In this document: one piece after another, positions 37,122 through 45,483 of the stretch
Position numbering within the stretch: position 1 is the first letter of the stretch
Layout of the letters: every line of letters begins with the position of its first letter
DNA from: Bacilli bacterium
GTDB taxonomy: Bacteria > Bacillota_I > Bacilli_A > RFN20 > CAG-826
Reading direction: 5' to 3'
DNA: 56,294 nt
Assembly (NCBI GenBank): GCA_017442875.1
Contig: JAFSPN010000025.1
Span: forward strand, 1-56,294
Translations under genes and position numbers: made by a program
Notes under the pieces: model-generated
Database searches by the model: none
What the model was told of the DNA's origin: nothing
Seen by the model: only the letters and a program-made list of their open reading frames with translations

Positions 37122-37977
37122 TGTTATTCTCCTTATTAAATTTCTCACTACCGATTTTATCGTGTAGTTCTTTAATGAGTTGTTCCACTTCTGGATCAAT
37201 CATTAAATATAAATATTTATCTTCGAATTCTGATAATTTATCTCTTTGATAGAAAGCTTCCGCGATAGAACCCGCAATACAAGCTTGGGTATCACTATCC
37301 GCACCTAAAGCGACAGCGTTTCTAATCGCATCTTCTTCACTATCGGAAATTAAGAAGCAATATATCGCTTGAGGAACGCTATCTTGTGACTTAGAAGAAA
37401 ACGTACACGTCTCTACTAATTTATCAAAGTTATAGAAAGCTATTTCTGGATAGTATTCATCAACCATTCTCTTTTTAAGTTGTCCTTTTGAATAACCGTT
37501 ACGCGCTAGATAGATACACATCGCTACTGCTTCCGCGGCCTTTAATGCTTCCGGATGGTTATGAGTAATTTCTGTTACCGCTTTTGATAGCATCTTTACT
37601 TCGCCTTCGTTATTAGCGATCCATCCAACTGGAGATATACGCATAGCACCGCCGTTACCAAATGAATAATATGGACCTACATCACGAGTAACATACGCTC
37701 TTTCACACCATTGATAGAACATATAGCCATATCCCGCTGTTCTAAAACATCTCCAGGTATTAACAAACTCATTAATAAGTTCCCTCTTAATCGCCTTTAT
37801 TCCTTCTTCGTTGTATTGAATTGGATAATGCTTTAATAAAGCTCTAGCGACCGCCATAGTGAGATAGGAATCGTCTGTCATATGGCTGTTAGGATTAAAG
37901 ATATTGAACTTTTTGGTTTTTATAGGATGGAATTCATATGTTGAACCCACCATATCGCCAATAATTGCACCTAGCAT
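37114..37977 (-). CDS. ADP-ribosylglycohydrolase (ARH/DraG) family protein
   Basis: The N-terminal motif is MLGAIIGDMVGSTYEF and the C-terminal motif is LGADSDTQACIAGSIAEA. Both are hallmark metal-binding motifs of the family. A GGAGGA SD is present. Confidence 0.85.
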   Translation of the reverse strand: MLGAIIGDMVGSTYEFHPIKTKKFNIFNPNSHMTDDSYLTMAVARALLKHYPIQYNEEGIKAIKRELINEFVNTWRCFRTAGYGYMFYQWCERAYVTRDVGPYYSFGNGGAMRISPVGWIANNEGEVKMLSKAVTEITHNHPEALKAAEAVAMCIYLARNGYSKGQLKKRMVDEYYPEIAFYNFDKLVETCTFSSKSQDSVPQAIYCFLISDSEEDAIRNAVALGADSDTQACIAGSIAEAFYQRDKLSEFEDKYLYLMIDPEVEQLIKELHDKIGSEKFNKENNNE

Positions 37978-37991
37978 ATGTTCCTCCTTTC

Positions 37992-38129
37992 TTATTCGTA
38001 ATAGAACTCCTTTAGTTCTAATTCTTTGAGCTCTTCTTCGAGCTCGATGAGTTTTAACTCATCATCAGTGTTGATAAGGTCTTTTTGATTATCACCAAGA
38101 CAATCTGGTTTAAGGTTTTTAAGCGTAAT
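37992..38129 (-). CDS. possible 45-aa acidic small ORF with a non-canonical ATT start
   Basis: AAAGGAG lies 5 nt upstream of an ATT. The open frame reads ITLKNLKPDCLGDNQKDLINTDDELKLIELEEELKELELKEFYYE* and ends 14 nt before the ARH start. No ATG, GTG or TTG is in frame, so this call is tentative. Confidence 0.25.
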   Translation of the reverse strand: MTLKNLKPDCLGDNQKDLINTDDELKLIELEEELKELELKEFYYE

Positions 38130-38202
38130 AAGAACTCCTTTTTATAATAATATGGATAAATAATTAATATTTTTAATGGATGAAAAGGAAGTCTGTGCCT
38201 AT

Positions 38203-38264
38203 AGTATAGACACGAGACAATAGATATCTCAAAGATTCAAAGGAAATGTACAAAGTTATGTACA
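38203..38264 (-). promoter_or_regulatory. promoter-operator module 2 (TGTACA-N6-TGTACA, N14, TTGAGA, N18, cgtgtcTATACT)
   Basis: Boxes lie at 38247-38252 and 38259-38264, the -35 at 38227-38232 and the -10 at 38203-38208. It drives the small-ORF/ARH/LRR transcription unit. Confidence 0.5.
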
Positions 38265-38276
38265 AAATGCTATAAT
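38247..38276 (+). promoter_or_regulatory. divergent promoter of the WYL-like regulator gene, overlapping the TGTACA boxes
   Basis: The sequence reads TGTACA-N18-TGcTATAAT, with an extended -10 at 38271-38276. Confidence 0.5.
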
Positions 38277-38328
38277 ATAGAGTATAGATTTATTGATTTC
38301 TTACACTGTTATTGATGGAGGTTTTCAT

Positions 38329-39624
38329 ATGGCAGGAAAACAAGTAGACGCCACCAGGCAAGAATTATTCATTACATTAGAGTACTTAATTGAGAATTGT
38401 TATGATTCTGAACACACATCTAAGACAATCGAACTCACCGAATTCGCTAAAAACAAATATGGTGTGTTACTAGATAGAAGAAGAGCGAATAGTATTTTAG
38501 AGTTCCTTGCTAGTTTAAATAATAGCTTCGCTGGTATTCTTCCTTTCACTATTAAAAAGGTAGAGAGAAAACCTCGTTACTACATCGAAAGAACTCTATT
38601 CACTGAAAGTGAGATTAAGAAAATCGCTCAAGCTGTCTTTAAAGATGAGAACTTATCCAGCGATACCGCTAGAAGAAATGTCTGTGCCTTCTTAGATAAA
38701 GTCTGTAATAACGAAGATAAAAACAAAATATTAAGAGACCTCGACAGAAAAGAAAGACGTATTATCCATTCAACTAGAAACACTGCTGAAAAGCATGAGG
38801 CCATGGATGAATTAATCGAAAACCATAACAGATTTTACTTTAGACCAAAGCATAGAATTAAAAGAGATGCCTTTTCAAACAGCGAAGTCATGATTAGAGT
38901 TAATGGTTTGCTCCAAATCACACCAGATGTCAAAGGCAAAGGCTATATTGATGCGATTGGTTATTCGCAAACCAAAGGTGATGATGTTTGCTTATACCTA
39001 CCTGATTTAGAAGGAGCAGTAATTATCAATATTAACAATATCTCTATCATGAGAGGCTCAATCGCCCCATCTAGAAGAGGTGACGCTGACTTTGAAATCA
39101 GAAACTCTAGATATCACGATATTGATGAAATGATAGACTTGTACTACGAAGGTGGCACTGGTATTCAATACCGCATTTATTTCAAATATGTCTTAGGTCG
39201 TCAAAATGATATCGATAATGTCACCGTTGAAAGAATGAAAACAGATTATGAGAAGTATTTCGGTAGACCACTTGAATACACTCAAGAAGAAAGAGAAGAA
39301 ACCGAACTAGACCAAGACGGTAATCAAGTCAAAGAAACTTGGGTTGATTTACACGGCATGGTTAAATGCAACCTCTCTTCATTTAAGAAATGGTATTGGG
39401 AACACGGATGGTTTGAACACCTTGTTGTTGTAGAACCAAAAGCTCTTAATAACCGTCTATTAGAAGGCTATATCGCTCGTTTCCAAAGAAGATTAGATAA
39501 ATACGGTGAGAAACCAGAAGAAAGAGAAGAACGCATTAGACGCATTAGAGAAATACGTGAACAAAGGCTGGCAGAGCTTAGAGCGGCTAGAGCTAATAGA
39601 GAAAACAATGATGGCGGAAATTAA
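38329..39624 (+). CDS. wHTH - WYL-like - WCX-like transcriptional regulator (BrxR/CapW-type architecture)
   Basis: I moved the start to the ATG at 38329, which has GGAGG 7 nt upstream. The protein has an N-terminal wHTH-like region, a central beta-rich segment (DDVCLYLPDLEGAVIININNISI), and a C-terminal ...WFEHLVVVEPKALNNRLLEGYI typical of the end of WYL regulators. An R/E-rich tail follows. Confidence 0.5.
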   Translation: MAGKQVDATRQELFITLEYLIENCYDSEHTSKTIELTEFAKNKYGVLLDRRRANSILEFLASLNNSFAGILPFTIKKVERKPRYYIERTLFTESEIKKIAQAVFKDENLSSDTARRNVCAFLDKVCNNEDKNKILRDLDRKERRIIHSTRNTAEKHEAMDELIENHNRFYFRPKHRIKRDAFSNSEVMIRVNGLLQITPDVKGKGYIDAIGYSQTKGDDVCLYLPDLEGAVIININNISIMRGSIAPSRRGDADFEIRNSRYHDIDEMIDLYYEGGTGIQYRIYFKYVLGRQNDIDNVTVERMKTDYEKYFGRPLEYTQEEREETELDQDGNQVKETWVDLHGMVKCNLSSFKKWYWEHGWFEHLVVVEPKALNNRLLEGYIARFQRRLDKYGEKPEEREERIRRIREIREQRLAELRAARANRENNDGGN

Positions 39625-40292
39625 TCCGCCATCTTTTCTATTGCGCGTTTGATGTGTTTGGACTTTAATCCACCATTCTCATAACTAGTTCTGACTAGAT
39701 GCTTTGTTAATCCTGTTTTTAAGTAATCAAAGATCTCATCATCTAGGATGATAAACTTATGTATATCAACGCCCATATGTTTAAGTCTCCAAAGATATTC
39801 GAGAATACCTTCACCTCGACCATGGACATCAAAATCAACAGTTTTGTCATAGATAGCCAAACCTTGTTTTTCTAACTTTTGATTTAAATACATAGCAAGT
39901 TCGTCTTGCTGATTTTTTAAACGTTCTTCTTTGTACCAATAGAACTTCCATGTAGATACCAAAACGATTTTAGCGTTTGTTTGATCCACAAGTTGTTTTA
40001 ATAAATATACTTTTTCATCTTCGATACCGGTATATTCATTAATCTTATCTTTTGTGGTGCTGCAGTTAAGTACACCATCAACATCAAGGAAGATTAAATT
40101 GATACCAGAGTTCTTTGTTTTTCTCTTAAAGGCATATTTACCTTGTTCGTTTTTATAGACGTATTTTTTATCAATGAGATCCACTAAATACTTAGCAGCA
40201 CTTATATATCCAACGCCCATTCTTCTTTGGATATCTGATATAGAGATATATTCATCGTTTTTGAATTCAGATAGTAATTTTCTTAGATTCAC
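39621..40292 (-). CDS. FtsK-gamma-like winged helix fused to a HAD-superfamily phosphatase (the HAD type found in RNA-repair 'Swiss army knife' proteins)
   Basis: ISISDIQRRMGVGYISAAKYLVDLIDKKYV matches the FtsK gamma domain. The HAD motif I is LIFLDVDGVLN and the distal motif is FIILDDE. Its stop overlaps the stop of the WYL gene (TTAA). Confidence 0.65.
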   Translation of the reverse strand: MNLRKLLSEFKNDEYISISDIQRRMGVGYISAAKYLVDLIDKKYVYKNEQGKYAFKRKTKNSGINLIFLDVDGVLNCSTTKDKINEYTGIEDEKVYLLKQLVDQTNAKIVLVSTWKFYWYKEERLKNQQDELAMYLNQKLEKQGLAIYDKTVDFDVHGRGEGILEYLWRLKHMGVDIHKFIILDDEIFDYLKTGLTKHLVRTSYENGGLKSKHIKRAIEKMAD

Positions 40293-40317
40293 TATATATA
40301 AACTCCTTTATGAAAAC

Positions 40318-41670
40318 CTACCCAATGACGGATAGGATTTCTGTTGATTTAAGGTGTTTCTTTTCAAAGAGCAAATTGGCTAAGGTCTTAATCTTCTCTT
40401 TGTTAGCTTTAACAATTTTATATGTTTCTTTTTCACACTTTCGAAGAAGTCTTTCGATTTTTCTTTCCATTCTTCTTCTCTTGAGTTGTGTTTCTGTTCT
40501 TGATCCTGCTCTAACAACAGGTAATGTTTCAGAGCAAGTAGAGTAACCACTGATATTGAATAAGTTATAAGCGGAGACACGAGCGTTTTGTAAATCTGAT
40601 TCGCATCCTCTGCATGCTCTACCGAACATAACCTTTTGTCCAATAACACCAGCCATAGAGATTCTGATATCTGCTAAGACCTTATCATATGGCCAGAAGT
40701 CTTTCTCTACTTCTCTAGCGTGGAATGATCCAGAGGCACCACTAATATTGAGTCTATTGATATCGAAGAACTGTGGATATTGCTTTGCAACCACTGCGTG
40801 AGCGGCCTCATGTGTTGCCACTTCAATATTGTCTTCTTGAGGTGTGCTCTTCACTCTATCAGTGATGTTATAGATTGAATTATCAATCATTTCACTGGTG
40901 ATATTCTCAAAGCCGTTTCTAAGCACGATATCATTAACAACGGCTTTGATACCTGAACAGTTAAGACCATGGAGAGATAAGGATACCTCATCTTCATCAA
41001 AGTCCTTTGGTAATGTAATGCCATAATCATTAACGTGCTTCTTAAATAACTCCATAGCCTCTTTGGCGGTTGGATATGGAACCTTAATAAGTTTCTCTAA
41101 TCGACCACATCTCACTAATGGGTCTGGGATAGCTTCTAAGTCATTAGTAGCGGCAAGTACTAAGATGTCATCATCTGATTCGACACCATCTAAGCTTTCT
41201 TGTAAGGCTCTTAAGACACGTCTCTCCTTATTAATTAATAAATCAAGTTCATCAAACACGATAATAGCGTGTCCAGCTTTTCTAGCCTTCTTAAATGTTT
41301 CGATAATGCCTTCAACAACAGCGTTATCTTTTTCGCCTTGGAAGACGAAGACAGGAGCGTCACAGCATTTGATGATTTCCTTAATCATTAAGCTCTTACC
41401 GTTTCCTGGATCCCCAAATAAGATACAGCCTCTTGGGATAGAGACGCCTTTGGCTTTTAATTCTTTAGAGTTTTTGAACCACTTAATAACGTTAAGCAAT
41501 TCAGCTTTTTGGTTTTCATGACCAATCACTTTAGAAAGAGGTTTTTCTCCCTCTTTTAAGCGGGTATTATATACAACCTCAAATACCTTATTCTGGTTAT
41601 TATTCTCGGTTGTTGCTTCTTCTTCATTCAATTCATCTGGTTTAATTAATAATTTTTGGTTTTCTTCCAT
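40318..41670 (-). CDS. soluble FtsH-like protease: AAA+ ATPase fused to an M41-type HExxH peptidase, with no TM helices
   Basis: Walker A is GDPGNGKS and Walker B is IIVFDELD. Sensor and Arg-finger region reads LAATNDLEAIPDPLVRCGRLEK. The zinc site is ATHEAAHAVVA. Confidence 0.85.
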   Translation of the reverse strand: MEENQKLLIKPDELNEEEATTENNNQNKVFEVVYNTRLKEGEKPLSKVIGHENQKAELLNVIKWFKNSKELKAKGVSIPRGCILFGDPGNGKSLMIKEIIKCCDAPVFVFQGEKDNAVVEGIIETFKKARKAGHAIIVFDELDLLINKERRVLRALQESLDGVESDDDILVLAATNDLEAIPDPLVRCGRLEKLIKVPYPTAKEAMELFKKHVNDYGITLPKDFDEDEVSLSLHGLNCSGIKAVVNDIVLRNGFENITSEMIDNSIYNITDRVKSTPQEDNIEVATHEAAHAVVAKQYPQFFDINRLNISGASGSFHAREVEKDFWPYDKVLADIRISMAGVIGQKVMFGRACRGCESDLQNARVSAYNLFNISGYSTCSETLPVVRAGSRTETQLKRRRMERKIERLLRKCEKETYKIVKANKEKIKTLANLLFEKKHLKSTEILSVIG

Positions 41671-41747
41671 AGTATGTGCTCCTTAATTCTGTGTAGATAG
41701 ATTGACACATTTAGATACCACGTGTCATGGTTATGCCCTGTTTGTTC

Positions 41748-42248
41748 TTAACTTTGGACATTTTGGTTTTTATCTTTAGGTGGTTTTGGTTTAAGTGTCG
41801 GAGAACAGATGTGTTCGATAATCATTTCGAACTCATTCTTCTTCCTTTTTGCGTGTGGGAACTTCTTCTTGAGTAGTTCGAATGGAGGATATACAAAGTC
41901 GTATCCAAACAAGCGTTTTAAGGCTTTGTCTTTTTTTTCGAGCTCAATATATTTATCCGAGGCCATTTTGTTCCTCTTAATGGCTTCTTTGTTGATTTTG
42001 TCTATTTTTTGCTGATAGACGATAGAGGTATTGTCTCTATCTTTCATATCACCATTGACTAAGTCATTGTATTTATCATCCAGGAACACTAGGGCTTTAT
42101 TTTTGAAGGCGATGTCAGGGTTATAGGTAATCTGTTCGCCGCCTTGTTGGATGACGATATGGTCATTATCAAAGGCAACAACATAACCTGTTTCGCCTTT
42201 ATAATCTTTAACTTGTTGGTTAATGAATAATTGGTAATTCATTAGCAT
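41748..42248 (-). CDS. hypothetical protein (164-166 aa)
   Basis: The start is coupled to the upstream stop; the ATG at 42242 forms a TAATG overlap. The N-terminal half looks SH3/Tudor-like (KGETGYVVAFDNDHIVIQQGGEQITY) and the tail is basic. Confidence 0.5.
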   Translation of the reverse strand: MLMNYQLFINQQVKDYKGETGYVVAFDNDHIVIQQGGEQITYNPDIAFKNKALVFLDDKYNDLVNGDMKDRDNTSIVYQQKIDKINKEAIKRNKMASDKYIELEKKDKALKRLFGYDFVYPPFELLKKKFPHAKRKKNEFEMIIEHICSPTLKPKPPKDKNQNVQS

Positions 42249-43225
42249 TCCTCCTCTTCTTCAGGGTTGTCTTGATAGACTTCTTCATCGAGATAGGTAT
42301 CCTTGATTGGTAAATCAGTGAACCTTTTATTGTTTTGGATGCGTTCATAAATCATAAAGAACAACTTTTCAAACGCATCGAATGAACGAGGCATAAGTTT
42401 GATTAAGTTATCGTATCTTGTATGATTGCCTAGGATTTTATCCGCGAAGACATTAGCAAAGAACTCTTGTGCCGCTCTCGCGGAATACCGCATATAGTAT
42501 TCAAGATCGTGACCCACGAGGTATAAGCCTGTAATGTCATACACGCTTGATAAGGCATCCATAATTGGGATGTATTTTTGTTCCAATACTTTGAAGCATT
42601 TTCTCGTGTTGATTTGATAATAGACTTCAACGAAACCACATTCGTATAGTTCCTTCTGTAGTTTCTTTCTTAACTTTGGTTCTTCGGTATCACAAAGAGT
42701 TAAGTATTTAGGCATATTGTTAATGAATATGTTGTATGCGCCTTTGTGGATGTTAGCGTCAATATTTAGACGGTATTCATCCATTAAGAATTCATATAGC
42801 TCTTTATGATGGTTGTTGAATTCTTCCTGGAATATATCGTTAAGGGTTTTACCATCATAAATGACTATATTACCCGAGAAGGAGTTAAATTCTCCAAACA
42901 AGAAGTCAACGGAATGACCTAATTCATGAGCGAATGTTCGTGGGTCAGAGAAATCCACTTTGATTTTGTTTTTGCATCTCTTTTTAAGCGAGTATATTTC
43001 ACCGTATTCAATTGGTCGACATTCACCACCGCTATAGCGGTCAATTAATAATTTATTGTTAGATAATAACCTATTAACAAAATCGCGATATGCGGGCGAG
43101 ATTTCTCTGGCGAGCTTATGGATGGCTCTTCGATTCCATCTATAGAGTAATTTACCTTTTTTCTTAAAGGCATCAGCGAATAGTTGGATATCCATCTGTG
43201 GATTAGATTGAGTGATTGTTTGCAT
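42242..43225 (-). CDS. cytoplasmic HExxH zinc metallopeptidase (gluzincin-like; HELGHSVD plus distal QEFFANVFA, reminiscent of anthrax-LF/MtfA-type motifs)
   Basis: An AAGGAGA SD is present and there is no signal peptide. The motifs are TFAHELGHSVDF and, about 150 aa later, SARAAQEFFANVFADK. That spacing is longer than in the classical M34 family, so the family assignment is tentative. Confidence 0.55.
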   Translation of the reverse strand: MQTITQSNPQMDIQLFADAFKKKGKLLYRWNRRAIHKLAREISPAYRDFVNRLLSNNKLLIDRYSGGECRPIEYGEIYSLKKRCKNKIKVDFSDPRTFAHELGHSVDFLFGEFNSFSGNIVIYDGKTLNDIFQEEFNNHHKELYEFLMDEYRLNIDANIHKGAYNIFINNMPKYLTLCDTEEPKLRKKLQKELYECGFVEVYYQINTRKCFKVLEQKYIPIMDALSSVYDITGLYLVGHDLEYYMRYSARAAQEFFANVFADKILGNHTRYDNLIKLMPRSFDAFEKLFFMIYERIQNNKRFTDLPIKDTYLDEEVYQDNPEEEEEC

Positions 43226-43611
43226 AGCTATTTATATCTCCTTTCTTGGTTGTTTGTTTTGATAATAAAAAATATTTAAAATTTTTAATAAATTAAAAAA
43301 GTATTGAATAAGGATTTGTTTATATAAAATATTAAGAATTATTTTATTAAATTTATTTAATAATTCGTTTTAAATTAGCAAGCAGAGCGAAGGTGAGCGT
43401 TAAAGTAGTTGTATATATCTTCCTCGTAAGATATATATACCCGAGTTTTGGATAAATTTTTATTATTAATTTTTTTAATATTTAGAAGTGAAAAGATCGG
43501 ATTTTTTACAGTTTTTTTATCAGAAAAAGAGAGTAAAGAAAAAAGATATGGGAATGATGGATGTTTGAAGATTATTAATTTTTGTGAGGTTTAATATTTC
43601 AAAGCCCCTAC

Positions 43612-43673
43612 ATTATAGACACGCATTTTAGGACATTTCAAAAGGTCATAAGGTTTGTACAAACTCTTGCACA
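43612..43673 (-). promoter_or_regulatory. promoter-operator module 3 (TGTGCA-N6-TGTACA, N14, TTGAAA, N18, cgtgtcTATAAT)
   Basis: Boxes lie at 43656-43661 and 43668-43673, the -35 at 43636-43641 and the -10 at 43612-43617. It would give a leader of about 380 nt before the peptidase operon. Confidence 0.5.
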
Positions 43674-43712
43674 TTTTTGTTTTTAAAAAGAATTGTTGGT
43701 TTATAAAGGCTT

Positions 43713-45445
43713 TTACTTGATTGATCTCAAGTAGAACATCTCAATCATGCTCTTCTCTAAAGAATCATCTCTATCGTTAGCTTGCCTTTTCAAAGAGATG
43801 ACGAAATCGCTTAAGAAATATTTTTCTTTCCCTTCTACCATTTTCTCTAAGTGCTTTTCAAAAACAGGCATTATATCTTTATAAGTAATGAGCTTATATT
43901 TCTCTTGTAAGAAAAGAACTTTGTCGTCACCAATAAATGTATTGTTTTGTAAATGTTTATCTCTTCCTGCCGTTTCATAGAACGACGCAGAATAATTAGG
44001 GCATAAGAAGAAGCACTTAATATCGTCTTCTATTTTTCTCTTACTCCAACCCCTTTTTTGGCGACAACAACAGCATAAATATAATATTTACTCAATTGGC
44101 TTGGCACCTTGCTGTTATCAATATTTAAAAGATCGGCTATTTGTTTAATTTCATCTTTTTGCCTTGCGGTAATATCGCCTTTCTTTTCAATCTTCTGAAC
44201 GTGCATATAGATCTTTTCAATTTGCTCTTCTAGAGTCTTTTCGTTATCGCTTGGCGTGACATTTGCTTTGATTTTGTTCTCAATAACAACGATCTTTTCC
44301 GCGTCTTTATTTTCGGGTTTCTTTAATTTATCAAAATTTGTGAACAAGAGGTCGATATTATATTCTTCTCTATCGATATTAAACTTTTCTCCTCTTTTGA
44401 CTTCGCAGCCAATTTTTCTAAGGAAAGCGTTCGTCAAGTTTTGATTATTTAGGAAGAATTTCAAAGCGTTAGAGTATTGAAGCTCCTGGTCTTCAACACC
44501 AAGTTCTTCAAAGTATTCAAATGTTGTATTTTGTTCGAAGCCTTCGGCATATTCCTTAAATGACTTGATTGGAGTCTTTTTCCACAATTCTTCTGCATCA
44601 ACAAGTTCTTCCAACATCTTTTGATCAGTTGGGCCAAAATCGACATATTTTGGTGTTCGACCTTGATCTGTCGAAACTATCTTATAAATTCCTTTTTTGT
44701 TACCGTGCTGTTTAAAAGCTTTGAAGGCGATATAAATTGGCTTTGTTGGTTCATATATCCCTTCGCATTCAAAAGAAACAAAGACTGCGTTGTCTCCCTC
44801 GTTTTCTTCGAAATACTTTTCTATATATTTACCATTATATTTGTATTTGTTTTTTTGCTTTAAATACAATTTGGTGCTTTTGGCTTCGGTTTTTGAGGCA
44901 AGCGCTACTTTGTCCGCCTTTTTAATAACCGCTTTATTCAAAATCTTATATAAACCTGTAGACGATTGACATATTGAAATAACAACTTCTGGAATGTTGT
45001 TTTCAGAAACTAGTCCCCATGGATTGAAATAATAATAATATTTGCCATCATCTGCTCCAAAAATATCGATGATTTCATGGCCGATGTTTCCGTTGGTGTT
45101 CACATACTCTGCCGAAAGAGGAAATACAACATTTAAGAAAACGCGCTTATTGATAATGGTTTTCTTTCTATCGTTAGCAGCAAGAATGGCTTTGGCTTCT
45201 TTTCCATTTCTAACGGCAATAATCTTCTCTTCTTTGTAGCTCGTTCTAAAAACAAAGCCAGCCTTCATAATGGCTTGACCAATTAGGCTTCTTACCGTGA
45301 TTCCTTTACTGTCAATTAAGTATTGAGGCAAATTGCCAAGTTTTTCACGTAAAAGATTAAACGTTAACTCAACTTCGTTTCGTTCTTTTGACACGTCATC
45401 GAGAAGATAATTGGTGAGATTTTTGTAATTTGCCTTTTTGGCCAT
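43713..45445 (-). pseudogene. PD-(D/E)XK (PDDEXK_4-like) nuclease family gene interrupted by a frameshift in an A6G4 tract
   Basis: The track ORF (44030-45445) ends 7 codons after GCC AAA AAA GGG. The -1 frame then stays open for 113 more codons (RGWSKRKIEDDIKCFFLCPNYSASFYE...MFYLRSIK*) down to 43713. The nuclease core reads IDLLFTNFD...KIVVIENKIKA...QLSKYY. Confidence 0.6.
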
Positions 45446-45483
45446 TTGTAGTTCCTCCGCGAGCAGCTCTGATTATTAAAAAG

